64,000 nt of DNA from Methanotrichaceae archaeon. GTDB taxonomy: Archaea; Halobacteriota; Methanosarcinia; Methanotrichales; Methanotrichaceae. The stretch's first letter is position 1. Each line of letters starts with the position of its first letter. The translations under genes and the position numbers were made by a program. The notes beneath the pieces were generated by a model. That model saw only the letters and a list, made by a program, of their open reading frames with translations. It was not told the origin of the DNA and made no database searches. Location: the NCBI GenBank assembly GCA_963813075.1, contig CAWEXU010000005.1, positions 96,001 to 160,000 of the forward strand, given 5' to 3'. Below, piece after piece: positions 30,426 through 42,267 of this stretch.

Positions 30426-30733
30426 GGAAACTCTCTGAGCTTCAGCTGAACCTCCAGCTCTCTTCTGGCTGGATCGTGTTTGTACTGTATCTCCGCCTTG
30501 AGGGGCTCAGCGGGATTCACGCCTATAGTCCAGTCGCCAAAAGAGGCCTCTACCTGCCCCCGGGCCTCGACCTCATCCGCCAGGCCGCGCAGCATGCCGG
30601 CCATCTCAGCAGCAGTCATATAGATCTCCTGCTCGAACTTCACTCCCTCGGTGGGGCTTCCTTTGCTCCTTCCCGGCCTTCCTGATACCTTAACCATTTG
30701 ACTCACCATTTCCGGTATTAATCTCAATTCCAT
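30422..30733 (-). CDS. Amphi-Trp domain protein
   Basis: FEQEIYMT..E.A..LR.LAD, ELEVQLK. Confidence 0.75.
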   Translation of the reverse strand: MELRLIPEMVSQMVKVSGRPGRSKGSPTEGVKFEQEIYMTAAEMAGMLRGLADEVEARGQVEASFGDWTIGVNPAEPLKAEIQYKHDPARRELEVQLKLREFP

Positions 30734-30812
30734 AAGACTTTTCCCGTTTTAGGCGATTCCTCGATTGTCCTTGTGAGTTAGGAGATTTCATTTAATCTCC
30801 ATCTCACTCATC

Positions 30813-32539
30813 TCAAATGAATAGAGGAACCAGCCGGAAGTCCACCGCGTCCACCAGCCCCCGGTCCGTCAGCTTCAGCTCCGGGATCACCGGCAGGCAA
30901 AGAAACGAGAGGGTCATGAAGGGGTCCTCCAGCTTGCATCCCAGCCTGTGAGCGGCATCAATGCACTCCGCTATGCCCTCTGCCACCTCTCGCATATAGC
31001 TCTCCGAGAGCAGGCCGGCCACGGGCAGAGCCAGTGAGGCCGAAATCCTGCCCTCCTCCACCGCCACCAGCCCGCCATTCATCTCCGTGACTGCTGAGAC
31101 TGCCGCCAGCATCTCCTCGTCCCCGGTTCCCACCACGACGATGTTATGGGAGTCATGGGCAACGGAAGTGGCCAGAGCGCCCCTCACCAGACCGAATCCC
31201 TGCACCAGACCCAGGCCCACATTGCCAGTGGCCCTGTGCCTCTCGACCACCGCCATCTTCAGTATATCCTGGTCGGTGTCCGATACCACCATGCCCTCCC
31301 GGATCCGGGGAAAGAGGGGCAGAGATCTGGTGATGATTTGATCGGGAACGATGCCAATGGTCCGGGCGGGCCCCTTCCTAGCCCGGATCTCAAACGATCG
31401 TCGGCTGAGGGGAGCGACGTGCATCGATTTATGCATGGCCCGGACCGATTTTTTCAGAGGGGCGACGAAATCCCCGTCCTGAGCCACCAGCCTGCCGTCC
31501 TTGAAGACCTGAGACCACTCTCGGCTCATCCAGCCCATCCAGCACGGCGATGTCCGCCCGGTAGCCGGGAGCTATCGCCCCCAAATCAGCCAGGCCGAAG
31601 TAACGGGCGGCATTGAGAGAGGATATCTGCAGGGCGAGTATAGGGTCCAGCCCCTCCTTTATCGCCCTTCTCAGCATGAAGTCGATATGCCCTTCCCTGA
31701 GGATATCAGCCGGGTGGCGGTCGTCTGAGACGAACATGAACTGGCGGGCGTTTTTCGCTGTGACCAGCGGGAGGAGGTCAGAGAGATTTCGGGCTGCGCT
31801 CCCCTCTCGCAGCATGATGAACATCCCGGAAAACAGTTTCTCTTCTGCCTCGGCCAGGGTGGTGCACTCGTGATCCGATCTGATGCCGGCGCAGATGTAA
31901 GCGGACAGGTCCGGGCCGGAAAGGCCTGGTGCATGGCCGTCCATGAGCCGTCTTTTGGCCAGCTGGATCTTTTTCATGACCTCTGGGTCCCGGAATATGA
32001 CGCCCGGATAGTTCATTACCTCGGCCAGGCCTATTACATCCTCCTCTTTCAGGAGACGGGCTAAGGCATCCGGGCCCAGGGCCGCTCCTGACAGTCTCCA
32101 TATCGGTAGCAGGGACACAGGAAGGGAGCATGACAAAGACGTTCAGGGGTACACTTCTTGATGACTGCAGGATATAGCGAACCCCCTCCTCACCCCAGAC
32201 GTTGGCGATCTCATGCGGGTCGGCGACCACAGTGGTGGTGCCCCGGGGGACCACCGCCCGGGCGTACTCCGGGACGGTGACCATGCTGCTTTCAAGGTGC
32301 ACATGGCCGTCGATGAATCCCGGTGCCAGTACATGGTCCTCCAGGTCTACGGTCTCGCGAGCGCTGCTGCATTCAAAGCCCACAATTCTGCCCTTGTGCA
32401 CGGCAACGTCTGCTCTGCGAACCTCGCCCGAAATGAGGTTGGCGACCGCTCCCCCATGAAGGAGAAGATCGACCTCGATCTCGCATCTGGCGGCAGCAAT
32501 CAGCTCCTCTAGTTTCGCGATCCGGACCATGATAATCAC
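30813..32539 (-). CDS. ade: Adenine deaminase, split by two single-base insertions (near 32092 and 31511)
   Basis: PGFIDGHVHLESS, DPHEIAN, GLAEVMN, DGHAP, SDHE, SVAHDSHN, LPVIPELK across three ORFs. Confidence 0.92.
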
Positions 32540-32687
32540 ATGCCGTCGATCCTATTTAAAAGCGGCATTTGTGCAGTCGGTATCCAGTTTTGCTCAATGG
32601 GGCATCAAGATCGCTCACTTTTTTGAATAAAAAATATCTCATCGACACCAGATAAATTTAAATCGAAAAGCTGGGATAAACTGAACT

Positions 32688-34901
32688 GTGCGTGAATTCA
32701 AGGATATAGTTCTCAAGGTGGCCAAAGCCTATCCCAATGACTCCGCCCGGGGCATCGCCCGCTTAGACCCCAATGCCCTTTTGACCCTGAGGCTCAGTCC
32801 GGGTGACATCATTGAGATTGAGGGGAAGAGGCTCACCGCAGCCAAGGTCTGGCGGGCGGACCGGCAGGACTGGTCTCAGGATTACATAAGGATAGACGGA
32901 TTCATCCGCCAGAACGCCGGCGTCGGCATCGGGGACAAGGTGAAGATCCGCAAGGCCAGGTTCGCCGAGGCGCAGAGGGTAGTCCTCGCTCCCCCTGCGG
33001 GCTCCCATATGCACTATGGAGATGAGGCGGCAGATATGATCCGCCGCCAGACGCTCAAGCGGCCGGTGGTGGCGGGAGACATACTTCCCATTATGAGCTC
33101 CGGCAGCCATCCCTTTGTCGGCCGGATGGAGCCCGTGCCTTTGGTGGTGACAGAGACCCATCCCGACGATGTGGTGGTGGTCTGCGAGAGGACGGAGATC
33201 GTTTTATTGGAGAAGCCGGCCAAGAGCGTCCAATCGGTCAAGGCCACGGGAATCACCTATGAGAATGTGGGCGGCCTGCGCTCAGAGGTGCAGCGGGTAA
33301 GAGAGATGATCGAATTGCCCATCAAGCACCCTGAGATCTTCCAGAAGCTCGGTATTGAGCCACCCAAAGGTGTTCTCCTTTTCGGGCCGCCGGGCACGGG
33401 AAAGACCCTCATCGCCAAAGCGGTGGCCAATGAGAGCGGAGCCAACTTCATCTCCATCGCCGGTCCGGAGATCATGTCCAAATACTATGGTGAGAGCGAG
33501 CAGAGGCTGCGGGAGATCTTCGAGGAGGCGCAAAAGTCCGCTCCTTCCATCATATTCATCGATGAGATCGACTCCATTGCTCCCCGGAGGGGCGAGGTCA
33601 CCGGTGAGGTGGAAAGAAGGGTGGTGGCCCAGCTCCTGGCCATGATGGACGGCCTGAAAGAGAGAGGCCAGGTGGTGGTGATCGGAGCCACCAACCGGGA
33701 AGAGGCCATCGATCCCGCTCTGCGCCGGCCGGGCAGGTTCGACCGGGAGATCGAGATCGGCGTCCCGGACCGAGCAGGGAGAGTCGAGATCATGCAGATC
33801 CATATGCATAGCATGCCCGTGGGAGATGACGTGAACCTGGAGAAGCTGGCGGACCGGATGCATGGTTTCGTCGGGGCGGATGTGAATGCCCTTTGCAAAG
33901 AGGCAGCCATGAAGGCCCTTCGCCGCTACCTGCCCGACCTCACCTCGGAGGACGAGATCCCTCAGGAGATAATTGATCAGATGCAGGTCATGGCAGAGGA
34001 CTTCGAGGAGGCTTTAAAGGAGATCGAGCCCTCGGCGATGAGAGAGGTTTTAGTGGAGGTGCCTCAGGTCAACTGGACCGATCTGGGAGGACTTGGAGCT
34101 TTAAAGCAGGAACTGATCGAGTCCATAGAGTGGCCCATCAAGCAGCCGGAGAAGTTCCAGAAGATGGGCATAAGGCCGCCAAAGGGAATTCTGCTCTACG
34201 GGCCGCCGGGCACGGGAAAGACCATGATCGCCCAGGCGGTGGCCAATGAGACCAATGCCAACTTCATAAGCATTCGGGGGCCGCAGATGCTCTCCAAGTG
34301 GGTGGGCGAATCGGAGAAGGCGATCAGAGAGATATTCCGCAAGGCAAGGCAGGTCTCGCCGGCGATCATATTCTTCGATGAGCTGGACTCCATCGCCCCC
34401 ATGAGGGGAACGGACGAGGGGGGCAGAGTGATGGAGCGGGTGGTAAACCAGCTTTTGGCTGAATTGGACGGCCTGGAGGCCCTGAAGGACGTGGTTGTTA
34501 TAGCGGCCACCAATCGGCCGGACATCCTCGACCCGGCTCTGCTTCGATCGGGAAGGTTCGACCGAATGCTCCTGGTGGGGCCGCCTGACCGGCAGGGCAG
34601 GCATGAGATCCTCAAGATCCATGCCACCAGGACGCCGCGGGGAGAGGATGTGAGCCTGGAGGAGCTGGCGGAACTGACCGATGGCTATGTGGGCTCAGAC
34701 CTGGACAGCCTCTGCCGGGAGGCGGCCATGCTCGCCCTGAGGGAAGAGCTGGACCGGGTGGATATGAGACACTACCGGGAAGCTTTGAAGAAGGTCAGGC
34801 CGAGTGTGGAAGAGCATATGCTCAGCTACTATGAGCGCATCGGCGAGAGGTTCAAGGGCGGAATCAAGGTCGAGCCGGCCAGTCTTGCCGGCTATAGATA
34901 G
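32688..34901 (+). CDS. cdc48: CDC48/VAT AAA+ ATPase
   Basis: N-domain plus two AAA modules (GPPGTGKT x2, DEIDS/DELDS, GRFDR). Confidence 0.96.
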   Translation: MREFKDIVLKVAKAYPNDSARGIARLDPNALLTLRLSPGDIIEIEGKRLTAAKVWRADRQDWSQDYIRIDGFIRQNAGVGIGDKVKIRKARFAEAQRVVLAPPAGSHMHYGDEAADMIRRQTLKRPVVAGDILPIMSSGSHPFVGRMEPVPLVVTETHPDDVVVVCERTEIVLLEKPAKSVQSVKATGITYENVGGLRSEVQRVREMIELPIKHPEIFQKLGIEPPKGVLLFGPPGTGKTLIAKAVANESGANFISIAGPEIMSKYYGESEQRLREIFEEAQKSAPSIIFIDEIDSIAPRRGEVTGEVERRVVAQLLAMMDGLKERGQVVVIGATNREEAIDPALRRPGRFDREIEIGVPDRAGRVEIMQIHMHSMPVGDDVNLEKLADRMHGFVGADVNALCKEAAMKALRRYLPDLTSEDEIPQEIIDQMQVMAEDFEEALKEIEPSAMREVLVEVPQVNWTDLGGLGALKQELIESIEWPIKQPEKFQKMGIRPPKGILLYGPPGTGKTMIAQAVANETNANFISIRGPQMLSKWVGESEKAIREIFRKARQVSPAIIFFDELDSIAPMRGTDEGGRVMERVVNQLLAELDGLEALKDVVVIAATNRPDILDPALLRSGRFDRMLLVGPPDRQGRHEILKIHATRTPRGEDVSLEELAELTDGYVGSDLDSLCREAAMLALREELDRVDMRHYREALKKVRPSVEEHMLSYYERIGERFKGGIKVEPASLAGYR

Positions 34902-34966
34902 CCTGGCAGAGATCATAATGCTGGAATCCTGATATTCATAAAACTGGTGAGGAGGGTTTAAGGGGC

Positions 34967-35218
34967 ATGGGAAAGATGTTCGCAGGAAGCATTGCCGATA
35001 AACAGATCGTAAACATCGATGGCGCAGTCCTGGGCGATCTGGAGAATGTGATCTATGAGGTCCTGACCGGAAAGCTGGTGGACCTGGTGGTGAAGCCCAA
35101 CTCGGGGCTTGATCGCACCAAATACCGGGAGGATGGAAAGTATGTGCTGATACCATACAGCTCGGTGGTGGCGGTCAAGGACTACATCGTGGTGGATGAG
35201 AGCCGGGCTATGAAATAG
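34967..35218 (+). CDS. PRC-barrel protein (possibly CdpB-like)
   Basis: DG..LG.L.N.....TGKL..L.VKP, IPY..V.AV.DYIVV. Confidence 0.85.
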   Translation: MGKMFAGSIADKQIVNIDGAVLGDLENVIYEVLTGKLVDLVVKPNSGLDRTKYREDGKYVLIPYSSVVAVKDYIVVDESRAMK

Positions 35219-35383
35219 TAATGCTGTGGCTCGATTCTTTTTCTTTGTCTCCTAATGTCGCTTAGGACAGCCCTTTTTCTCTTGGCCTGATTTCTCGCCG
35301 TCGCCTCCGGGCAGCCCAAAATCCCAACGCTCCACTCTCCTGTCTCCGGAAAGCTTATTTCTTCTCAAGTCCTCCATTTTTCA

Positions 35384-35928
35384 ATGATGCGACTTAGATC
35401 TTATTTGGCCATGGGCATTCTCGTGCTCGCCGTGGTCCAGGCGGGTTGCCTGGGCGAGGAGAAGGATGAAGGCAAAAAGGTCCTTTTAGAGACCAGCATG
35501 GGCAATATCACAATTCAGCTCTATTCGGATATGCCCATAACCACCGGCAACTTCCTGAGCCTGGTCGAGAAGGGCTTTTACGACGGGGTGATCTTCCACC
35601 GGGTTATAGACGGCTTCATGATCCAGGGCGGAGATCCAGAGGGAACGGGATATGGCGGACCGGGCTATGCCATCAGAGGACGAGTTCACTGATCACAATC
35701 GAAACGATCGGGGCACCATCAGCCATGGCCAATTCCGGGCCGAACACCGGTGGCAGCCAATTTTTCATCAACCTGGTGGACAACAACAGCCTGGATGGCA
35801 AGCATCCTGCCTTTGGAAGGGTGATTGAGGGCATGGATGTGGTGGACAGGATTGGAAAGGTCAAAACGGACATAAGTGACCGACCGCTGGAGGACGTTGT
35901 GATCGTTCGAGCCAGTGTGATTGCTTAA
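35384..35928 (+). CDS. Cyclophilin-type PPIase with signal/lipoprotein peptide; frameshift near 35656
   Basis: [28 protein letters not shown]; one extra base relative to the adjacent paralog. Confidence 0.9.
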
Positions 35929-35947
35929 ATTTGGAGATGATTTGACT

Positions 35948-36428
35948 ATGGCAATTGAGAGCGAAGAGGCAGGGGCGAAGGGTTCTGCTTAATACGAGCA
36001 TGGGTGACATCACCATCCAGCTCTATCGTGATATGCCCATCACCGCGGGCAACTTCAAGAAGCTGGTGGAAAAGGGCTTTTACGATGGAGTGATCTTCCA
36101 CCGGATCATAGACGGCTTCATGATCCAGGGCGGGGACCCCACCGGGACCGGCCGGGGAGGTCCAGGCTATGCCATCAAGGACGAGTTCACCCCGAACAGC
36201 AAGAACGACCGGGGGACCATCAGCATGGCCAATGCCGGGCCGAACACCGGAGGTAGCCAGTTTTTCATCAACCTGGTGGACAATAACTTCCTGGATGGCA
36301 AGCATCCCGCCTTCGGCAAGGTGATCGAGGGCATGGATGTGGTGGACAAGATCGGCAAGGTGAAGACGGGAGCGATGGACCGGCCGGCAAAAGAGGTCAA
36401 GATTCTGAGCGCAAAAGTGCTCGCCTGA
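35948..36428 (+). CDS. Cytoplasmic cyclophilin-type PPIase
   Basis: Same motifs; probable ATG 35948 with one extra G near 35975, or TTG 35955. Confidence 0.92.
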
Positions 36429-36498
36429 TCACTTATATTTTTTTGCATATCCAAAGTCTTTTATCGCTTTGCCGCCCATACTTAAGCGGTGGGTTGGG

Positions 36499-36933
36499 AT
36501 GAAAACAGCAACAGCAATAATCGTATCGCTACTCTTATCGCTGGCGATATTTTCATTGGCAGGGAGCTGCTATGCACAAGGCGCTGCACAGTATGTTGGC
36601 GGTGACTTTGGCAGGATGTGGCTGGCAAGCACAGGCTATCAGTATCCTCCGCCTGCCCAGAGCACTCAGAGCGACCTGTGGTACTGGGGCGGCGGCCCGA
36701 AAGGGAGAATGGTGGTCGATGGCAACCTGGTGCCTGATCCGCGTTACATCTGGAAGTCGGAGAACGGCACCGGCTACTGGGCGGGGTGGAATTACCCGTA
36801 TACAAGCGGATGGTATCCCGTATACAGCTACAAATATCCCTACACTTTCACCAGCGGCCCATACTACGTAAGCCCTTACTATTATCCGTCGGACTACCTC
36901 GCCACGGGATATGTAGCACGCAGATTATACTGA
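36499..36933 (+). CDS. Secreted Tyr/Pro/Trp-rich hypothetical protein
   Basis: Signal peptide, YVGGDFGR.WL, WGG.PKG, Tyr-rich tail. Confidence 0.75.
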   Translation: MKTATAIIVSLLLSLAIFSLAGSCYAQGAAQYVGGDFGRMWLASTGYQYPPPAQSTQSDLWYWGGGPKGRMVVDGNLVPDPRYIWKSENGTGYWAGWNYPYTSGWYPVYSYKYPYTFTSGPYYVSPYYYPSDYLATGYVARRLY

Positions 36934-36974
36934 GCATATATAAATAGCCATATCTTATATTTTTCAACAAAGCG

Positions 36975-37583
36975 TTATCGGATGGTTCTTCTCTCGATCT
37001 CTCCCAGGAGCTTAATCACATTCCGGCGAAGGTCATCCAGGCCGCCCGAGTTCTCGATTCTGTAATCTGCAGTCTCCATGGCCTGGCATAATCCCCAGCC
37101 CTTCTCCCGGCACTCCCTCTCCTCCAGAGTGGTGGCAGAGCTGCTTTTCCCCTGGCCCTCAGCCGCAGCATGGCCGCTTTCTTTTCCGCATTCCTTTGGA
37201 TCGTCAGGCCGGCCGCGGGCCATGAGCCTGTCCAGCCTTCTTTCTGCCGGCGCCTGCACCTCAATCAGGTAAAACTCCTCCGCCTGAGTGCGGAAGAAGT
37301 CCGCCTCCACCAGAGAGCGCAGGCCGTCGACAACTACCATCTCTTTTCCCGTTGCCCTCGCCATCTCCAGCGTTCTTTTGGCTATGGCCTCCGGCCCCTC
37401 CGCTTCTCGCAGGGCATTTCCGATCCTTCCCAGGTTCAGGTCGGTTGGCTCGAGATCCAGCCGGGCAGCCTCCTGACGGATGACATCCCCCATGACCACC
37501 ACGCCAAAATCCAGCTCCTGGGCGATCTTCGAGGCCTCGCCCTTGCCCGAGCCCGGCAGGCCCACAAAACCGATTATCTTCAT
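36975..37583 (-). CDS. UPF0200 / dephospho-CoA-kinase-like P-loop kinase
   Basis: GFVGLPGSGKG, MGDVIR, VDGLRS, RGR.DD. Confidence 0.85.
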   Translation of the reverse strand: MKIIGFVGLPGSGKGEASKIAQELDFGVVVMGDVIRQEAARLDLEPTDLNLGRIGNALREAEGPEAIAKRTLEMARATGKEMVVVDGLRSLVEADFFRTQAEEFYLIEVQAPAERRLDRLMARGRPDDPKECGKESGHAAAEGQGKSSSATTLEERECREKGWGLCQAMETADYRIENSGGLDDLRRNVIKLLGEIERRTIR

Positions 37584-38444
37584 TCTCCCTTCATCCCCTC
37601 ACCATTCATGTGCTCTTGGCTAATCTGGCCCGCCCATTTGATCACCGCCGGTGCTCGCACCTGGACGGCAATTTCCCCGCCCGCCGCCCGGGCCATCTCC
37701 TGCATCGCCTCCAGGGACACCGGCTCAAACCAGGGCTCGCCCTCCCTGGGATGACCCTGCTGGAGGACGAGATGCTCTAAATGGCTATCAGGGTACTCGC
37801 CATTAAGCCTTTCCAGAATCCTGGCGATCTCTTTTATCTGGTCTGTGGAGGGCAGTTCAGGAAATATCGTGCTCCGGGCATCAATTGCCACACCCGAATT
37901 GATAGCAGATCTCCAGGCTCTCCCGCACCCGGGCGGCCACTCCCCGAACGCCCGTGGCCATCTGATAGGCGGGCTCAATAAGCTCCGTTTTCAGGTCCAA
38001 AAAGACCCTGTCCACCATATTCCTCTCCAGCAGACTCCTCAGCCGGCCGGGGTAGAAGCCCGAGGTCTCTAGACCTGTGGCCAGCTCAAGGCTTCGAGCC
38101 AGGCCAAACAGCCTCACACAGGCCTCAGGCTGCTCGAGGGGCTCGCCCCCAGAGAGGACGAAGGCATCAACGAATGGCCGGGATGCTGCCCGAGCAGATG
38201 CATCCTCAAGGCTGATCTGCCGGGGATCGGCTCTCAATCTTATCGCCGGAGTCTGCAGGCCTTTGGTCCGGCAGACTATCCGGGAGGCCAGAGCATGAAA
38301 CTCGATGCTGCTCTCTCCAGTCTGAAGAGCATGATTGTGGCAGTGGGGGCAGCGAAGGGGGCAGCCCCGCAGGAACACCACCACCGCCGCCTTTCCCAGC
38401 CAGTCCACAGTGGACAGAGGGATGATGCCCCCAAAGTTGACCAA
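37580..38444 (-). CDS. Anaerobic RNR-activating-type radical SAM protein; frameshift near 37903
   Basis: PLSTVDW, GCPLRCPHCHN, SGGEPL, ETSG, LDLK; C-terminus continues in ORF 37580..37978. Confidence 0.82.
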
Positions 38445-38451
38445 CAGTTCA

Positions 38452-39728
38452 TCACCCGCTCTTTTCCGGCAGAACGAGAGTCATCTCTTTGCCGGCGATC
38501 CTGGTCAGCCTATCTTCTAGCTCGGACTGCTTTGAGCTCATCCTCTCCTCCAGCAGCAATAGGTCCTTGCTGGCTCTGCTCCACCGCCGCCTCCAGGCTT
38601 CTCAGGGTTTTCTTATCCTGAGAGATGGAGTCTTTCAAAGCTAGAGCTTCTTGGCTGCTCTCCTTGAGCTGACCGTTCAGGGATTCGATCTCCTCTGCCA
38701 GGCGGGAATAGCGGGAGCGGGCCAGTTCCAGCGACCTTTTCTCGATCAGCTGGTCGATATGATCCAGGACCTTCTCCTTCTTTCGATCCTTCAATCCCAG
38801 GGTGGCCAGATGAGCGCGCAGCTCCGTCCAGGATCCGGCAATCTCAATATCCGAGACCTGGGCCGGGTTGTTCATCAGCTGGATAAAGACCTCACCATGC
38901 TCGAGGCTGATCCTGTCGCTAGAACTCTGCTTGGTGATCCTGCCCAGGGCCTTGGTCAGGGGGGAGATCAGAAGTCTCAGCTCTTCTTCCGTCTGGATCT
39001 TCTCCCTTTTTTTGTCCTCCAGACTCTTTTTCAGCTCTTCCGTCCTTCTGCCCACTTCGCTCGCCGCCAGGCTCTTCACTCTCTCCTCCTGATCCTTCAG
39101 CCGGGCAGAAGTGCCGGCGAGCTGGTCCTCCTCTCCGGACACCGTCTTCTTCAAGGAGTCTATGGCCACGAGGCCCTTTCGAAGCTCTCCGGCAAGCTCC
39201 TTTGAGTAATAGATCTCCTCAGAGAGCTTCCTTCTCTTGCCGATCAGCTCCTCCAGCTCGACCAAAGTGCGGCTGATCTGGCCCAGATCGGAGTTTATGC
39301 TCTCCAGGCTTTTGGGGAAAAGAGCTGCCACATAGCGCTGCGCTCTTCCAAAGGTGGTGACCGTCCTCTCCAGGCCCTTCACCAATGCCCAGTGGTGCTC
39401 GCTGGCGGACTCGAAGGTCCCTTTTCCTGGGGGGAGCGATCTTCTCCTGCAGCGATTCCATCTGCTTGACCACCTCCCCCCGGGCGGCAAGCCCTGCCCG
39501 GAGCAGCTTTGGTGGAGTGGAAGGGTCGGGCTCTGCCGAGGCCAGAAGAGAGAGGTCCAGGGAAAGCTCACCTGCCTGATCTTCCAGATGGCGGTATATC
39601 CCGGAAAGGCTCTCCTCCCATCCGGCTGATGCCTCCCTTTCCTCCAGCCAGGAGATGACATCCTCCAGCCTCAGGCTCTCCCCTTCCTTAGACCCCGATC
39701 CGGAGAAGATCTTCTTCAGCCAGTTCAA
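38452..39728 (-). CDS. Coiled-coil hypothetical protein; frameshifts near 39417 and 38572
   Basis: MNWLKKIF start; continuous heptads after removing two single extra bases. Confidence 0.7.
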
Positions 39729-42056
39729 GGCAGTCTCCCCTGCTTTGACCTTCTGGCCTTTGTCTTCCTCTCAGGCGGCATATCTGCCGGCTGCACTTCA
39801 CCCGTTCCCTGATCTCTCATAGCCCCGTTCAACTCTCCTTCACCTCGACCTTCTTTGCCATATCCCTCTATGGCTTGATCTGATCCTGTCCAGTCCATCC
39901 TCTCTGCCCTCTCAGCTCTCTCCTCCCTGGCCAGCTGAACGAGGACCTTCTCTGCGATCTTCGGGCCAAGGAGCCTGGCGACCTCTGCCGGATCGGTGCT
40001 CTTGAGCTTCTCCCGGTTGGTTATGCCGGACTGATGGAGCTTTCTCGCCCTCACCCGTCCCACTCCCTTCAGATCGAGCAGGGATAAGAGGTCCTGGCCG
40101 GCGCCATAGTGGAGGCGAACCGATAGCTGCTCTGCTCGATAGGTGATTCCCAGATCATGTTGCTTGGACAGCTCTGCTAAGGAGTGCATCAGCCACTCTG
40201 CGGTCTCGGCAGACCGGCGGATGTCGCCCGGTCCGATGTGATATCGATCGCTTATCAGCTCCTCTTTCACCTCTCCGATCCAGTCTGAGAGCATGGCGGA
40301 GGTCTTGGCCTCGCGGAGGAGATAGTCATAGTTCTCCTCATCGAACAATTCCTTCTGATTGAGATCGATGAACTCCTCCACCCAGCCGTCTGCCGACTGG
40401 ATGTAGAGCAAGGCCATATCCGGGGTCATGGTAATGAGATGGATAAGAGAGAGGTCAGTGGGCCTTTTGTTACCCTTTTCCCTCCCACCGTTCTCCTTTT
40501 CTTTGCTTTTGGCAGTCAGGTTCTCCAGCATGATGACTGCGCTCAAGGGGTCGATATACAGCTTGGAGACCAGAGAGCCGAGCTTCGTCGGCACAAGATC
40601 GCCCTCCGGACTGTCTACGATCATCCCGTTATCTGAGAGGAAGGCGAGGACCTTCTCCAAAGCAGCATCCAGGTGCCAGGGGTCCTGCTGGTGAGCATAA
40701 AATGTGGTGGCAATGAACTCCTTCAGCTCTCTTTCCGTGCGGGCAAAGCCCGCGGTGATGGTGGAGAGGATATGGGTGCGCAGAGCGCTCTCGCTGGCCA
40801 GCTTCGACCAGATCTCCTCCGGGGAGCCGTCGATATAGTGCTCCCTTAAATTGAGCATCTCCGAGTCGTTCTTGGCCATGAGGAAGGATTCGCCATAAGG
40901 GTCCAGCCCCGGCCTTCCCGCCCTGCCCGCCATCTGGCGGTACTCGATCACCGGTATGGGGACCATTCCCGAGCCGTACTCATACCTCCGGTAGCTCTTG
41001 ATCAATACCCTCCGGGCGGGCAGGTTCAGGCCGGCGGCCAGGGTGGGAGTGCTGGCGATGACCTTGATCCTGTTATCCCTGAATCCCTGCTCCACCAGCC
41101 TCCGCTGCTCGGGCAACAGGCCCGCATGATGAAACGCAATGCCTCTGGAGACGCATGAGGCCAGGCGGTGGCAGGTCTCGCTCTCACCTGTGGCCAGAAT
41201 GCTCTCCGACAGGGCCTCAGCCTTCGGCTCCTGTGGGATCAGATTGCTCAGCTTTATGGCCGCAGCTTCTGCATTCTTGCGGGAGTTCTCGAATATCAGT
41301 ATCTGGGCGTCCTGGGAGAGGGTGTCCCTGACCAGGGCGATAGCCTCGTCCTTTTTCTCATCCTTCTTCCCAACCAGGTCCCTCTCTTCGTCCGAGAAGA
41401 CCAGCCTCCCCTTGCAGATGACTCCCTCTTTCAGGGCTATGGGCCTCCAGTCGCTGCTCACCAGCTCTGCATCCAGCCAGTCTGCCAGGTCACGGGAGTT
41501 GGCGACGGTCGCTGAAAGGCCGATGATCTGCAATCCAGGGTTAGAGCGGCGCAATTTGGTTATGGTCATCTCCAGGGTAGGGACCCCGGCCAACGTCGTT
41601 TAAGAGGTGGATCTCGTCGACCACCAGCACCGCCAGGTCCCGCACCCAGGAGGCACCGTTTCTCATCAATGAGTCCGCTTTTTCTGAGGTGGCGATGATG
41701 ATCTGATTTTTTCCCAGGCGCTCGTCCTTCTTATCGAAGTCGCCGGTGCTTATGCCCACGCTGACTCCCAGGTCCCTGAACCTCTGAAAAGAATCGAACT
41801 TCTCTGCCGCCAGGGCGCGCAGAGGGACGATGTATAGGGAGCGCTTCGACTGCAGAGCGGCCTTGAGCATGGCCAGCTCCGCCAGGAAGGTCTTGCCCGA
41901 GGCGGTAGCCAGGGCAAGAAGCATGTTCTTTTCCTCCAGGAGGCCTTTTTCCACCGCTTCCGCCTGTGGAGGATAAAGCTCTCTATACCCCTGCCCTTCG
42001 TAAAGCTCGATGGCCTCCTGGGGCAGCCAGCGGCTCAAATCCTTTATCTCCAGCAT
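39725..42056 (-). CDS. hel308: Hel308/Ski2-like DEIH helicase; frameshift near 41580
   Basis: [40 protein letters not shown] restored by removing one C. Confidence 0.93.
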
Positions 42057-42267
42057 CAATCTCCCTTTCGGCTCGATAACTTCAAGACATCCGACCTTCA
42101 CCGATCTATAATATGGCCAATATGACCTATTGACCTTCAATGGTCTGCCCAGGCTCCTCTAATCTTAAATACTACGTGAAAGTAGTACCTGCGGGACAAT
42201 AACCTGGACAGGAACAAAAAAAGAATGACCGTCATCATATAAATGCATCTTCCATGGAGAGAACCTA

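Noticed and set aside
32763..34627. Long antisense ORFs within cdc48 (and similar ones in leuS, tiaS and the kinase)
   Set aside because: Shadow ORFs caused by GC-rich codon bias
41575..41590. Programmed frameshift in hel308
   Set aside because: One extra C in a short run, matching the regional insertion-error pattern
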